Assembly: GCA_934121875.1 (NCBI GenBank)
Contig: CAKOVG010000003.1
Span: 1-58,861 of the forward strand
Length of the DNA stretch: 58,861 nucleotides
Reading direction: 5' to 3'
Source: an uncultured Clostridia bacterium
GTDB taxonomy: Bacteria > Bacillota > Clostridia > TANB77 > CAG-508
This document shows, piece after piece, positions 1 through 9,800 of the stretch (the first letter of the stretch is position 1; each line of letters starts with the position of its first letter). The translations under genes were made by a program, and so were the position numbers. The notes beneath the pieces are model-generated. The model made no database searches. It saw only the letters and a program-made list of their open reading frames with translations, and was not told where the DNA came from.

Positions 1-360
1 AGGTTCTTTTAAATCTATTTTCTTTTTGTCAATTTCTATTTTATATTGTTCTTTTAAGTTTTCTGCAATTTCTTTTGAAGTAATTGAGCCAAATATCTTT
101 TTGTTTTCCCCTGATTTTACAGAAATTTTTAATGTTATACTTTTTAATTTTTCAGCGATTTCTTCTGCTTTTTCTTTTTCCACTGATTTTTTATACTTGT
201 TTGAATCTTGTTTTGCTTTTAATTTGCTCATATTTTCAGCATTTGCCTCAACACCCATTTTTTTAGGTATTAAAAAATTTCTTGCATATCCATCACTTGC
301 ATTTATTACATCATCTTTTTTGCCTACGCCTTTTATATCTTGTAACAAAATTACTTTCAT
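1..360 (-). CDS. rplI: 50S ribosomal protein L9, N-terminal part (gene runs off the left edge of the window)
   Basis: The reverse-strand ATG at 358-360 is preceded by AAGGAG 8 nt upstream. Translation reads MKVILLQDIKGVGKKDDVINASDGYARNFLIPKKMGVEANAENMSKLKAK..., a textbook L9 N-terminus. It is absent from the ORF track because no stop lies inside the window. Its position right after gdpP matches the conserved Firmicute gdpP-rplI order. Confidence 0.85.
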   Translation of the reverse strand, partial: MKVILLQDIKGVGKKDDVINASDGYARNFLIPKKMGVEANAENMSKLKAKQDSNKYKKSVEKEKAEEIAEKLKSITLKISVKSGENKKIFGSITSKEIAENLKEQYKIEIDKKKIDLKEP

Positions 361-404
361 GCGTTCTTCTCCTTTCGATTTTTATTATTCAATTATTTTT
401 TAAT

Positions 405-2405
405 TTAGTTAGCTACTTCGGAAAAATACTCATTAATCTTTTCAATTAAAAGATTTTTAACTTCACCAATACTCATTCCTTCAACTTGTGCACCAGCCAA
501 AGTAATATGTCCTCCGCCGCCAAGTTTTTCTAATATAATTTGTACATTTATGTCTCCAATTGAACGTCCACTAATGCAAACTTTATCTCCTAATTTGCCT
601 ATAACAAATGACGCTGTTATATCACTGATTGTTAGCAACTCATCTGCTGCTTTTGCGCAAATTACATTTGCATCTTTATCGTTTTCATCATAAATTGAAA
701 TTCCTATTGTTTCATTTATTATTTCTGCATTATCAATTATTTTTGAAATTTTAGTATATGTTTTCAAATCACTTTGAAACCATTTTTTTACTTTTATAAT
801 GTCTATACCACATTTTCTTAAATATGCTGCTGCTTCAAAGGTTCTAACTCCTGTCTTGAATGTAAAGTTTTTAGTATCCATCATAATTCCTGCATATAGA
901 GCCTCTGCTTCTAAAGTAGTTAATTCTATTTCTTTTGGTGCATATTCTAATATTTCGGTCACAAGTTCACATGCTGATGATGCATATACTTCATGAAAAG
1001 TAAGAATTGCCTCTTCAATAAAGTCTGGACTTTTTCTGTGGTGATCAATTATTACTATTTTATTGGTTTCTTCTAATAGCTCAGGTACTTCAACATAGCT
1101 TCTCTTATGAGTATCAACTATTATAAGTAATGTTTCTGGACTTATTTTTGACAAAGCTTCTGCTTTATTTATAATTACTTCTTGATATTCTTTTTCTGCT
1201 TTAGTTGCTTCTATAAAATTTTCTAAACTAATTCCTGTAGAATTATTCACAATGTATGCATCAACATTTAGACTCTTTGCTAAGCGGTAAAGTCCCATAC
1301 TAGCTCCCATAGAGTCTATGTCTCCATTAGTATGTCCCATTATCATAACATTTTTAGCTTTTTGCATTAGTTCTTGTAGCGCATGTGATACAATCCTTGC
1401 TTTTACCTTTGTTCTTTTTTCAACTTCTTGAGTTCTACCTCCAAAAAATTGATATTTTCCATTTTCTCTTACTATTGTTTGATCTCCACCTCTACCTAGT
1501 GCAATATCCAAACCTGCTTGTGCAAATTTATATTTTTCATAATTTGATTCTCCTTCTGTTGATACTGAAATGCTTAAAGTTATTTGTATTTTATCAGTCA
1601 ATTCTAGTTCTTTAATTGTATCTAATATATTAAATTTTTTCTCTTCTAATTCTTTTAAATACTTTTGTTCAAATATACACACAAAGGTATCTCTTTCCGC
1701 TTTTATTACTAATCCTTTAAATTCAGTTGCCCAATCATAAATTGTTTTTTCTATTTGAGCTGTCAACAATGGTTTTTCTTCATCACTAATTCTTTGGTTT
1801 ACCTCATCAAAGTTGTCAATCATAATAAGTCCAATACAAATTTGAGAATTGTGATACTCTTTTTCTAGTTCAACACATTTAGTTTCATCTATAAAATAGA
1901 TTGTACACATATATTCTTCCTTTGTTTTTGTGTACCTTCCAAGTATTTCATAAATTTTATTTCCTATTTCTAATTCTTTGTGAATACTACTTTCCAAATT
2001 TTCTTCATTATTTTCTATTTCTAGTTTTATTTGTTTTAGCAAATCTGTTAAAATAGTATTTATATCCACATTGGCAAATTCCTGTACAAATTTGTTGCTT
2101 TTCCAAATCATATTTCCATTTGTTTCAGATATAACTAATGGAAATGGCGAATTAACCATTGTGTTTTTAGCTAGCTTGTCTATGTCCAAAGTTAAGTCTT
2201 GTAAATGGTCTGATAATTCAGTTCTTCTTTTTTGGTTACTCCAATATGTGTACGCTAAAATTAATATATATAGTACAACTGCGGGAGTAAAGTATTTTAT
2301 ATCTAAGACACAAATTACTACTAAGAGTATAGCAATTAGAACTAAATAAATTTTAGTTCTTAATATTAAACCCTCAAATATTTTTTTACTGTTATTATTT
2401 TTCAT
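405..2405 (-). CDS. gdpP: GdpP-type cyclic-di-AMP phosphodiesterase (TM + PAS/degenerate GGDEF + DHH/DHHA1)
   Basis: The 666-aa ORF has two N-terminal hydrophobic helices. DHH-family motifs are present (MGHTNGDIDSMGAS, IVDTHKRSY, IIDHHRKS), as is the DHHA1 motif GGGGH near the C-terminus. An AAGGAG RBS precedes it, and rplI follows immediately downstream. Confidence 0.85.
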   Translation of the reverse strand: MKNNNSKKIFEGLILRTKIYLVLIAILLVVICVLDIKYFTPAVVLYILILAYTYWSNQKRRTELSDHLQDLTLDIDKLAKNTMVNSPFPLVISETNGNMIWKSNKFVQEFANVDINTILTDLLKQIKLEIENNEENLESSIHKELEIGNKIYEILGRYTKTKEEYMCTIYFIDETKCVELEKEYHNSQICIGLIMIDNFDEVNQRISDEEKPLLTAQIEKTIYDWATEFKGLVIKAERDTFVCIFEQKYLKELEEKKFNILDTIKELELTDKIQITLSISVSTEGESNYEKYKFAQAGLDIALGRGGDQTIVRENGKYQFFGGRTQEVEKRTKVKARIVSHALQELMQKAKNVMIMGHTNGDIDSMGASMGLYRLAKSLNVDAYIVNNSTGISLENFIEATKAEKEYQEVIINKAEALSKISPETLLIIVDTHKRSYVEVPELLEETNKIVIIDHHRKSPDFIEEAILTFHEVYASSACELVTEILEYAPKEIELTTLEAEALYAGIMMDTKNFTFKTGVRTFEAAAYLRKCGIDIIKVKKWFQSDLKTYTKISKIIDNAEIINETIGISIYDENDKDANVICAKAADELLTISDITASFVIGKLGDKVCISGRSIGDINVQIILEKLGGGGHITLAGAQVEGMSIGEVKNLLIEKINEYFSEVAN

Positions 2406-2432
2406 AAAATAAACTCCTTTTTTACGTTTACT

Positions 2433-2461
2433 ATTGTACTATTTTTACACGTTTTTGTCAA
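2433..2461 (-). promoter_or_regulatory. sigma-A type promoter for gdpP (TTGACA-17 nt-TACAAT)
   Basis: On the minus strand, TTGACA (2456-2461) is followed by a 17-nt spacer and TACAAT (2433-2438). This lies about 30 nt upstream of the gdpP start. Confidence 0.6.
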
Positions 2462-2496
2462 TTTTATTTAGGTATATCTATAAGTTTTCCGCTTTC

Positions 2497-2525
2497 TTTA
2501 CAAATTTTGTAAATTGTGGTATAAT
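2497..2525 (+). promoter_or_regulatory. strong sigma-A type promoter with extended -10 (TTTACA-17 nt-TGgTATAAT)
   Basis: TTTACA at 2497-2502 is followed by a 17-nt spacer ending in TG-G, then TATAAT at 2520-2525. It is divergent from the gdpP promoter and drives the 2.53-2.95 kb plus-strand unit. Confidence 0.6.
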
Positions 2526-2570
2526 AATATTATGCTCTTATGAGCAAATATATAAAAGGTGGTTAATTAC

Positions 2571-2903
2571 ATGACTTACTTCGAAAGCAACAATGATTTC
2601 AATTTTTGCAAGACTAACAATGTTTTAAGAGCAAGTGAAGCATTGCTTTGCTCTATTAACAAGTTCAAGTCTTCTCTTTGGAATTGGGTAGTTTGCACTG
2701 ATGTATTAACAAATGATGTTCTCTTTTTTATCCCGCGTTCATTTCTTGATGCTTCTCGTTGCTCTGAAGCTTTTTGGAATGATTTAAAGCGTTCTTGGAA
2801 TGAAACTGGATTTACCATTATCGATGAGAAAACAGATATTTGTTATGTTTGTAACGGAGAAACTACTTTATCTTGTATGTTTCGTTTACAGCCTTCTGCT
2901 TAA
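2571..2903 (+). CDS. hypothetical 110-aa Cys/Trp-rich protein (coding status uncertain; could instead be a structured RNA)
   Basis: ATG at 2571 has an AAGGTGG RBS 8 nt upstream, the strong promoter above, and an intrinsic terminator at 2911-2946. The product MTYFESNNDFNFCK... has three xWNx motifs and 7 Cys. Its composition is unlike the K/I/N/E-rich proteins elsewhere in the window. The opposite strand is also open, and local GC is visibly higher. Confidence 0.4.
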   Translation: MTYFESNNDFNFCKTNNVLRASEALLCSINKFKSSLWNWVVCTDVLTNDVLFFIPRSFLDASRCSEAFWNDLKRSWNETGFTIIDEKTDICYVCNGETTLSCMFRLQPSA

Positions 2904-2910
2904 ACCACAT

Positions 2911-2946
2911 AAAAGCAAACCGTCATATTTGACGGTTTGTTTTTTA
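2911..2946. terminator. bidirectional intrinsic terminator
   Basis: A 9-bp stem, CAAACCGTC (2916-2924) paired with GACGGTTTG (2931-2939), is flanked by an A-run on the left and a T-run on the right. It serves the minus-strand cohesin gene (stop at 2955) and the plus-strand 2571-2903 unit. Confidence 0.75.
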
Positions 2947-2954
2947 TTTATTTT

Positions 2955-3728
2955 TTATTTAATATCATGTATATTTCTATATTTAATAAGAAATACAACT
3001 GCTACAACTGCAAGTGTTGCTATTGCTACAGGTATAAATGTATATATACCTGTTTGTGGTAGTTTGCCTCCTGGCGTAGTATTATCTGTACTTGGCTTAT
3101 TTATATTGCCATTGTTGTTAGTATTAATACTAATATTGTTGTTTTTTACTTCTTCCACATTATTTTCTGGTTTTTCAGTATTATTAATATTATCTTGTTT
3201 ATTATCATCTTTTTTGTTGTCTTCTTCACTTGGTTTATTTGAAATTTTTTCTACTAGCTTTAATTTAGTAGATACATCACTTACTGCAATTTCGTTTTCA
3301 GTATCTGCTACGTCAAAATTAGTTATAGAAACAGTAGTTTCTTTATTTTCAGGAATAGAAATTACTTTAAAATTGACTTTAATAATATTTCCATTTGGTT
3401 TCATAACATCTGATCTTTCTGTAACAAATTCTTGGTTGTCTGCATTATAAACTGGTACAGACCATGAATTTGTTGCTTCACAAGATACATATTGTAATAC
3501 AGCTTTATCATAGTTTATTTTTGCGTGTACTGTAGCTACTCCTTCTACATTAGTTGCAGATTGTAACGCTAGTGTATAAGAAACAGTATCGTTTAAATTA
3601 GCTGTTTCTTTTGAGCATGTTAGTTTCATAGTAGCTCCATAATCCACAGCTTTACTAATATTAACTGTAGATAATAATATTATAAGCAATAAAAAAACTA
3701 TTTTTAAAATTTTATATATTTTTTTCAA
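2955..3728 (-). CDS. cell-wall-anchored (LPQTG) cohesin-domain protein, putative anchoring scaffold for the upstream dockerin-bearing adhesin
   Basis: A TTG start has an AGGAGG RBS 7 nt upstream. The signal peptide is MKKIYKILKIVFLLLIILLSTVNISKA. A roughly 130-aa beta-rich module carries a cohesin-like pattern (NDTVSYTLALQSATNVEGVATVHAKINYDKAVLQYV ... IIKVNFKVISIPENKETTVSITNF). An N/D/K/E-rich linker follows, then LPQTG, a hydrophobic stretch and the basic tail KYRNIHDIK. Confidence 0.8.
   Translation of the reverse strand: MKKIYKILKIVFLLLIILLSTVNISKAVDYGATMKLTCSKETANLNDTVSYTLALQSATNVEGVATVHAKINYDKAVLQYVSCEATNSWSVPVYNADNQEFVTERSDVMKPNGNIIKVNFKVISIPENKETTVSITNFDVADTENEIAVSDVSTKLKLVEKISNKPSEEDNKKDDNKQDNINNTEKPENNVEEVKNNNISINTNNNGNINKPSTDNTTPGGKLPQTGIYTFIPVAIATLAVVAVVFLIKYRNIHDIK
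3048..3062 (-). other. LPQTG sortase recognition motif within the cohesin protein
   Basis: CTA CCA CAA ACA GGT encodes L P Q T G. It is followed by a 21-residue hydrophobic segment and a basic tail, the classical tripartite sorting signal. Confidence 0.8.
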
Positions 3729-3784
3729 ATTTTATCCTCCTTTCTCTTTTGTTTATAATATTTTATATTTAATTTTTATAAATT

Positions 3785-3818
3785 GCAAGAGATATTATAA
3801 AATATCTCTTGCTTTTTT
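3785..3818. terminator. perfect 12-bp hairpin between the giant adhesin gene and the cohesin gene (weak or partial terminator or processing site on the minus strand)
   Basis: GCAAGAGATATT (3785-3796) pairs perfectly with AATATCTCTTGC (3801-3812). The T-run lies on the plus-strand side. In the gene direction only AATTTAT follows, so read-through into the cohesin gene is plausible. Confidence 0.45.
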
Positions 3819-3828
3819 GATTTTATTT

Positions 3829-6800
3829 TTATAATGTAATTTTTCCAACAATTGCTTGTTTTTCTTTAGAAATATCTAATGCTTTAATTACGCCATCATC
3901 ATTTATGTCACCTGCTAATAAGTAAGCTCCTTCTAATTTTTTCTTTCCTACTAGATGTTGTTTCATTAGAGAAATGTCAAGCGCTTTGATTAATCCATTT
4001 CCAGTTACATCTCCTATAACTGATAATGTTTTAGTAATACTTTCTGTACCTTTAGTTGCTACTATTTTCATTCCTGTTCCAACATAATTGTTATCTGCTA
4101 CTATATTTCCCTTATTGTCATATACTTTCATTTCTCCATTTGATTTCATATTAGCTAAATAATCTTTTACTGTTCTTGGTCCTGAAATTCTTTCGACATA
4201 TTTTTCGGTTACTCTATATATATCTGACTTCAAATATAATTCATCATCTGAACTTTCTAGTGGTTGATGTAATAAATTTATGGTCAATTCATTGTCTGAA
4301 GCGTTTACAATTTGAATATTTTGTCCTTGAGTTATTTCTACATTGTATAATGCTCTGCTATTATATATTTCTGTAACATGAGCTATTATTTTTTGTACTA
4401 ATGCTACTGTTTCATAACCATTTGGCTCTTGTGTTTCTTCTATATTAATTTCGAATTTAGCCAAGTCTGGTATTTGAAGACCTTGTAAAATTATTTTTCC
4501 TGTTTCATTTGATGTTATTTGTTTTGTTTCTCCATTTAGGGTTATATTTAATTTTACATTTTTGTCAGCAATTAATTTATTTGTTATTTTGTCTACTAAA
4601 TTAATTTGCATTGTGTATTGGTTAACTGCTGATTCACTTTGTACATATATAATTACAGTTCTGTTTGCTTCATCATATTTTGTTATTACATTTTCTGATT
4701 CTTTTATAGTAATATTTCCAGTTATTTGATTTCTATTCATTTTTACAAACATTTTATTATTGTTAATTTGGTAACCAAGTCCTACTTTAGTATTTTGTAA
4801 ATCTATTTTAATATCTCCTGCTCCATTTACTTTTAATGCTATTTCTCCGTTTTCGTTTGTTGTTTTTGTAGTTTCTAGTGATGTTGCTCCAACGGTTTGA
4901 TTAACTTTAATACTAAATTCTGAATCTTTAATAACTGCCTGATTATTGTTTTTGTTTACATTTATTACTTTAATAGTATATGGTAACACATTTAATTCTT
5001 TTTGTTTATTAGCAAATGAATATTTTACGTAGTTATTATTTTTATCCATAAGTTCTAATCCGTTTGTTTCAGATGCTTTTGTAATTTTTCCTTCTGAATC
5101 ATAATATAATGATATTTCTCTTGGGTTATTATCTAATTGATATCCTCCGCTTGCTAATATTTCAGTTAATTTATATTTTTTTGTTTCATTAAATGATTTT
5201 GGTAAAGCAAAATATGCAATTCCTTTGTTATCTGTAGTTGATGTATATTCGTTTCCTGAGCTTATATCTATTAATTTAAATTTAGTATTTACTATATTTA
5301 AATCATAATCGTTTTCATCAACTTTGTTAATAGCTAATCCTATTAAGTCTGTTCTATTAGGAACTTTTATGTTAATTGATTTATTGGCATTGTCAATATT
5401 TAATAAGTCTTCTTCTACATTTGCATAAACTTTTTGCAATACATCATTTTCTTTTTTTATTCCATATTTGTAATATCCATCAGTTTTACCTAATTCATAT
5501 CCAGCTGGAGGTACAATTTCTCTTATTTCAATAACAATGTTTCCACTACCAACTAAACCTTTTAAATTAATTTCACCATTTTCGTCTGTTGTAGCTGCTT
5601 GATATACTGGTATTCCAACATCTGGTGTTACTTTGACTTGGAATGGTACTCCTGCTATTCTTATATTAGAATCATTTTCATTTGTTTTTACAACTTTTAT
5701 TTCATAAGGTTTTGCATATTCTTCTAATTTATTAGTGATTTTTGCTTTAATATTAGTTTTGTTATAAGTGATATTTGCATTATTTTTTCCACTAATAAGT
5801 TTTGTACTTATAATTTCACCATTCTCATCAATTTCTGCTTCTATGGTAATTGGTGCTATTTGTTGATAGTATTCATTTTTTTCTTCTGTTAATATAATAA
5901 AAATAGATTTTGCATAATATTTGTTTTCAATTGCAGTTTGTATTGTTCCTGCTTGTGTTGTCGTAATTGTACCATAATCTATGATATTGCTTAAATTATT
6001 CTTTTCTTGCACTTTCATGTTAAATGATATTCCTGATAAACTGTTATTGTTTTCATCTACTTTGTCAATTTCAAGTTTTATAATTGGTTTATTACTTACT
6101 GTTATTGCAATTTCTCTTGTTTTATCATTCACTTGAATAGTTGCACTTTGAGAATTACATTTTTCATTACGAACAATTAGCTTAACATCATTTATATCTG
6201 TTTTATCTAATTTAACATCGAATTCAATATTGATTGGTATATTAATTAAACCTTCATGTCCTTCTGGTGCTTTTATTTCAGTTAATGTTAATTTTACCTT
6301 TCCTTCATATTGTAATTTTTTAATTTCAGCTACACCTTCTTCTACTACTTTTTCATTAACAAGTTTTGGTCCAGTTTGTAAAGCTTCGTATGTTTCCACA
6401 TTAGTTCCATTTACATTTAAGTTAACATTAAATATTGAACCATTAACTCTTTGAGAAGATGTTTCTGCCTGCTTAATTATTTTTATTTTGTAATTATCAA
6501 TATTTCCAAATGCTATAATAACATTCATAGTTAAACTATTACTATTGCTTACATTTTCAATTCTTGATGTTTCTCCATTTATTTTACTAATTAACCCATT
6601 TCCATCAAATTCTACTACAATGTATTGATCTTTTATTGCATTATATTTTCCATCTATATTATCTGGTGTAGTAGGTGTTGAAATTGTATACACTACCTTT
6701 TTATTAAATAATTTATATGTATTTCCTAAGTCAAATGATGTAATGGCATTTGAACTATTCTCAGGACCTTTTTGTAATAAAATATTATCATTTTTTGTTA

Positions 6801-9800
6801 GTATTGATGTTACTGTTTCATTAAGTTCACCATATTGTGCTTTTACCATATGGCTTCCGTTTTCTACTGTTTTACCAGTTTCACCATCAATATCTGCAAT
6901 ATTTAATAATAAGTTATTTTCATTTTTTAAATAAATTGTTACAATTCCTGTTTCGTTGTCAATAGTATAGTTTAAATTATCTGTACTAGATAAATATGTT
7001 AATTTATATTCTTTACTGCTCTTATTAATTTTAATATATCCAGAGTTTTGATTATTTACTTTATAGTTTTCTGGTATACTATTTTGACTAAAATAAAATG
7101 TTAAGTCACCATTTGCATTTATATTTTCAATTATTGCCTGTCCTTTTGCATTGGTTTTTATTGTATCTGCTTTAATTGTACCATCTATATTTTCAACTGA
7201 AAGTGAAAATTCTGAGTTTGCAATTGGTTTTTCTGTCCATACATCTTGATTTACTACCCTAAATGTTACTCTATTATCATTTGTTATTTTTAATTTCAAA
7301 TGTACACTTTCTTTAGAATCAGACATTGTACATAATTTGTCAGTAGCTAATTCTATTGTTGCATTTTCTGGTTGTTGTTCTATAGTATATGATGTAATTC
7401 TGCCTTCTGAATTATAACAAACTTTAATAATTGCATCTTCCATTTTTCTATATCCAGTTGGTGCTTGAAGTTCTGAAATTGTATATTCTATAGTTTTATT
7501 TTTTGGAATATCTCCAAGATATTTAGTTGTTTCTCCTTTAGTATTTGTCATAGCTCTCCAATTATTAGTATTATTTTCTTCTTTTGCAGTAATTATGTAT
7601 TCAACTCCGCTTAGTTTATTTCCATAAACATCAATTTTTTCTATTCCTACTCCTAATTGGCTTTCTCCTTTTATCTCTATTTGAACACCTTTTAATCTTG
7701 AAGATTTATATAGCTCTTCACTATATCCTTGTGTAATTTTTTCATTTTGTGGATTAATAATATATGTTCCTTTTTCTTTTACTGTTCCTAGATTTCCATA
7801 TGAAACTACTAATCTAATTGGTTTTATGGCTTTATATCCACCATAACTATTAGTTTGAGTAATTGTATAATTTACAATTCTATTTTCATAAGTTGGTGGA
7901 ACTGAAATTTTTAAAATTCCATTTTCATTTGTTTTACTATCAACTGTAGTTTCTATTCCAGTTAATTCATTTTTAATTTTGAATCCTAAACCATATACTC
8001 CACTATTATAATTTTTATCTATTACTTTTATAGCAATTTCTAATGTAGATTTACTATATAATTGTAGCATAATATTTGGTTCTGTTTGACTATTATTCTG
8101 TTGTGTTTTCTTAACAACTAATCTGTCTTTATTTAAAGGATTTACACTATTAATAGTTCCATCTAAACTATATTTTACTTCAAATTTTTGATCTTCAACT
8201 ATTTCATATCCTCTTTGTATTGATACTGGATGAATTACATATGTAATTTTTTCACCTGGATAAACTTTACCTAAATTTGTTATAGTATTTGTTAGTCCTG
8301 TTGATGATGATATTGTTGTTTTTTCTCCTTTATTTGAAGTTATTTCGTATTTACCTGTAATATTTACAGTGTGATTATGATAATCAGATGTTATAATAGA
8401 CATTGTAGTTATTTTCTTGGTACCAATTTCAAGTACTATACTTCTCGTTCCTATTCCACTTGCTACTACATATTCTGATTGATTTGTTGCAATTCTAGAA
8501 ATTCTTCCTAAATTATCATATGTTACATTAACAATAATATTTGGTAATTTCTCTATATTGGTATCTGTGTTTACATTTTGTTCAGATATATTATATGTTA
8601 TGGTATTTTCAGCTTTAATTTTTCCTGCATTGATGTTTAGTTTTCCTTGTGCATTTGTTGTTGTTTTTATAGTTTTTTCTAGTGCTGGTGAACTAATTGT
8701 TAATTCTCTTCCTGTAAGAGGTGTTTTTGTGCTAGTATTTGTTCTTTCAATTTGCATTTCTAAATTTGGTATATATTTTACATTTACTTCTACCGCTAAG
8801 CCACTTCCATATTTTACATCTATATATTCGCTATTTGATACACAATTTGTAATGTTTCCATTGCTTCCAAAGTATACTCTTATAGAGTGTTTACCTTTTT
8901 GAATTGCAGTGTTATATCCTGATTGTGTTGTTAATACAGTAACTTCATAATCTAAATAGCTATTTGCAATAGTAGAACCTAATATAGTATTTGCTTGCCC
9001 TTTTGAATCAGTTTTTACTGTAACACTTTGTTTGCTATAATTAACTTCTTTTAAGTATATTTGCATATTAGCTAACTTAATATTTCCGTCAAATGCATCT
9101 TGTGTAGAAATATAAAATTCAAATTTTTGCTTATTTTTTATTTCTATATTTAATTGATATGAGTCATATGTAATTGATTTAATTACTGTTCTGTCTGCAG
9201 TACTTGCAGAAACTATTTGATATGCATTTGTTATTTTTCCATCATTATTATATGTTACTCTAATAACAATATTTTTATTTAATGTATATCCTCTAGCAAC
9301 TTCTGTTTGTTTTAACACATAGTCTACATTTATACTTTTTGGTACAGACTCCAATATTGAGCTTGCCTCTCCATCTTTTGTTACTAAATTAATTTTTCCG
9401 TTAATACCACTTCCTGTTAACTCATATGTTGAATCAACTGTTAATGTGTCATCTCCATCAGATACATTTTTAATATTAAACTTTGTAACTGGATTGTTTT
9501 TAACTGTTATTTTGACAGTATAGGCTCCTGTTTGTTCAATAACATAAGCTTCACCATGTGTTGCATAATTTTTATTTGAAAATGGAGAAATTGATTTTAT
9601 TTTTCCGTTTTCGTCAAAGTTAATATCTAGTCTAATATTAGCAATAGCCATATAACTTCCTTCTATTTGAGATTGAGATATAATAAGTGTTTGTTTTGAA
9701 TTAATTGCTAATATTTTTCCAAAGTTAAGCATTCCTAGTCCAGTATCCTTATCTGTTGTAGTATCTTTGTATACACCTGTAGTTAATTGTCCGTGGAAAT

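Noticed and set aside
26-403. Plus-strand ORFs of 125 aa and 60 aa at the left edge
   Set aside because: They are antisense to a clear rplI reading frame (MKVILLQDIKGVGKK…). Their translations are F/S/L-rich low-complexity sequence and there is no RBS.
2576-2818. 80-aa minus-strand ORF overlapping the 2571-2903 unit
   Set aside because: I could find no RBS upstream of its ATG and no promoter. It lies between a terminator and the gdpP promoter. It is kept only as evidence that this stretch is unusually open on both strands.
2800-3450. 216-aa plus-strand ORF
   Set aside because: It is antisense to the cohesin/LPQTG gene. Its hydrophobic L/F/S-rich translation is typical of the reverse frame of AT-rich coding DNA.
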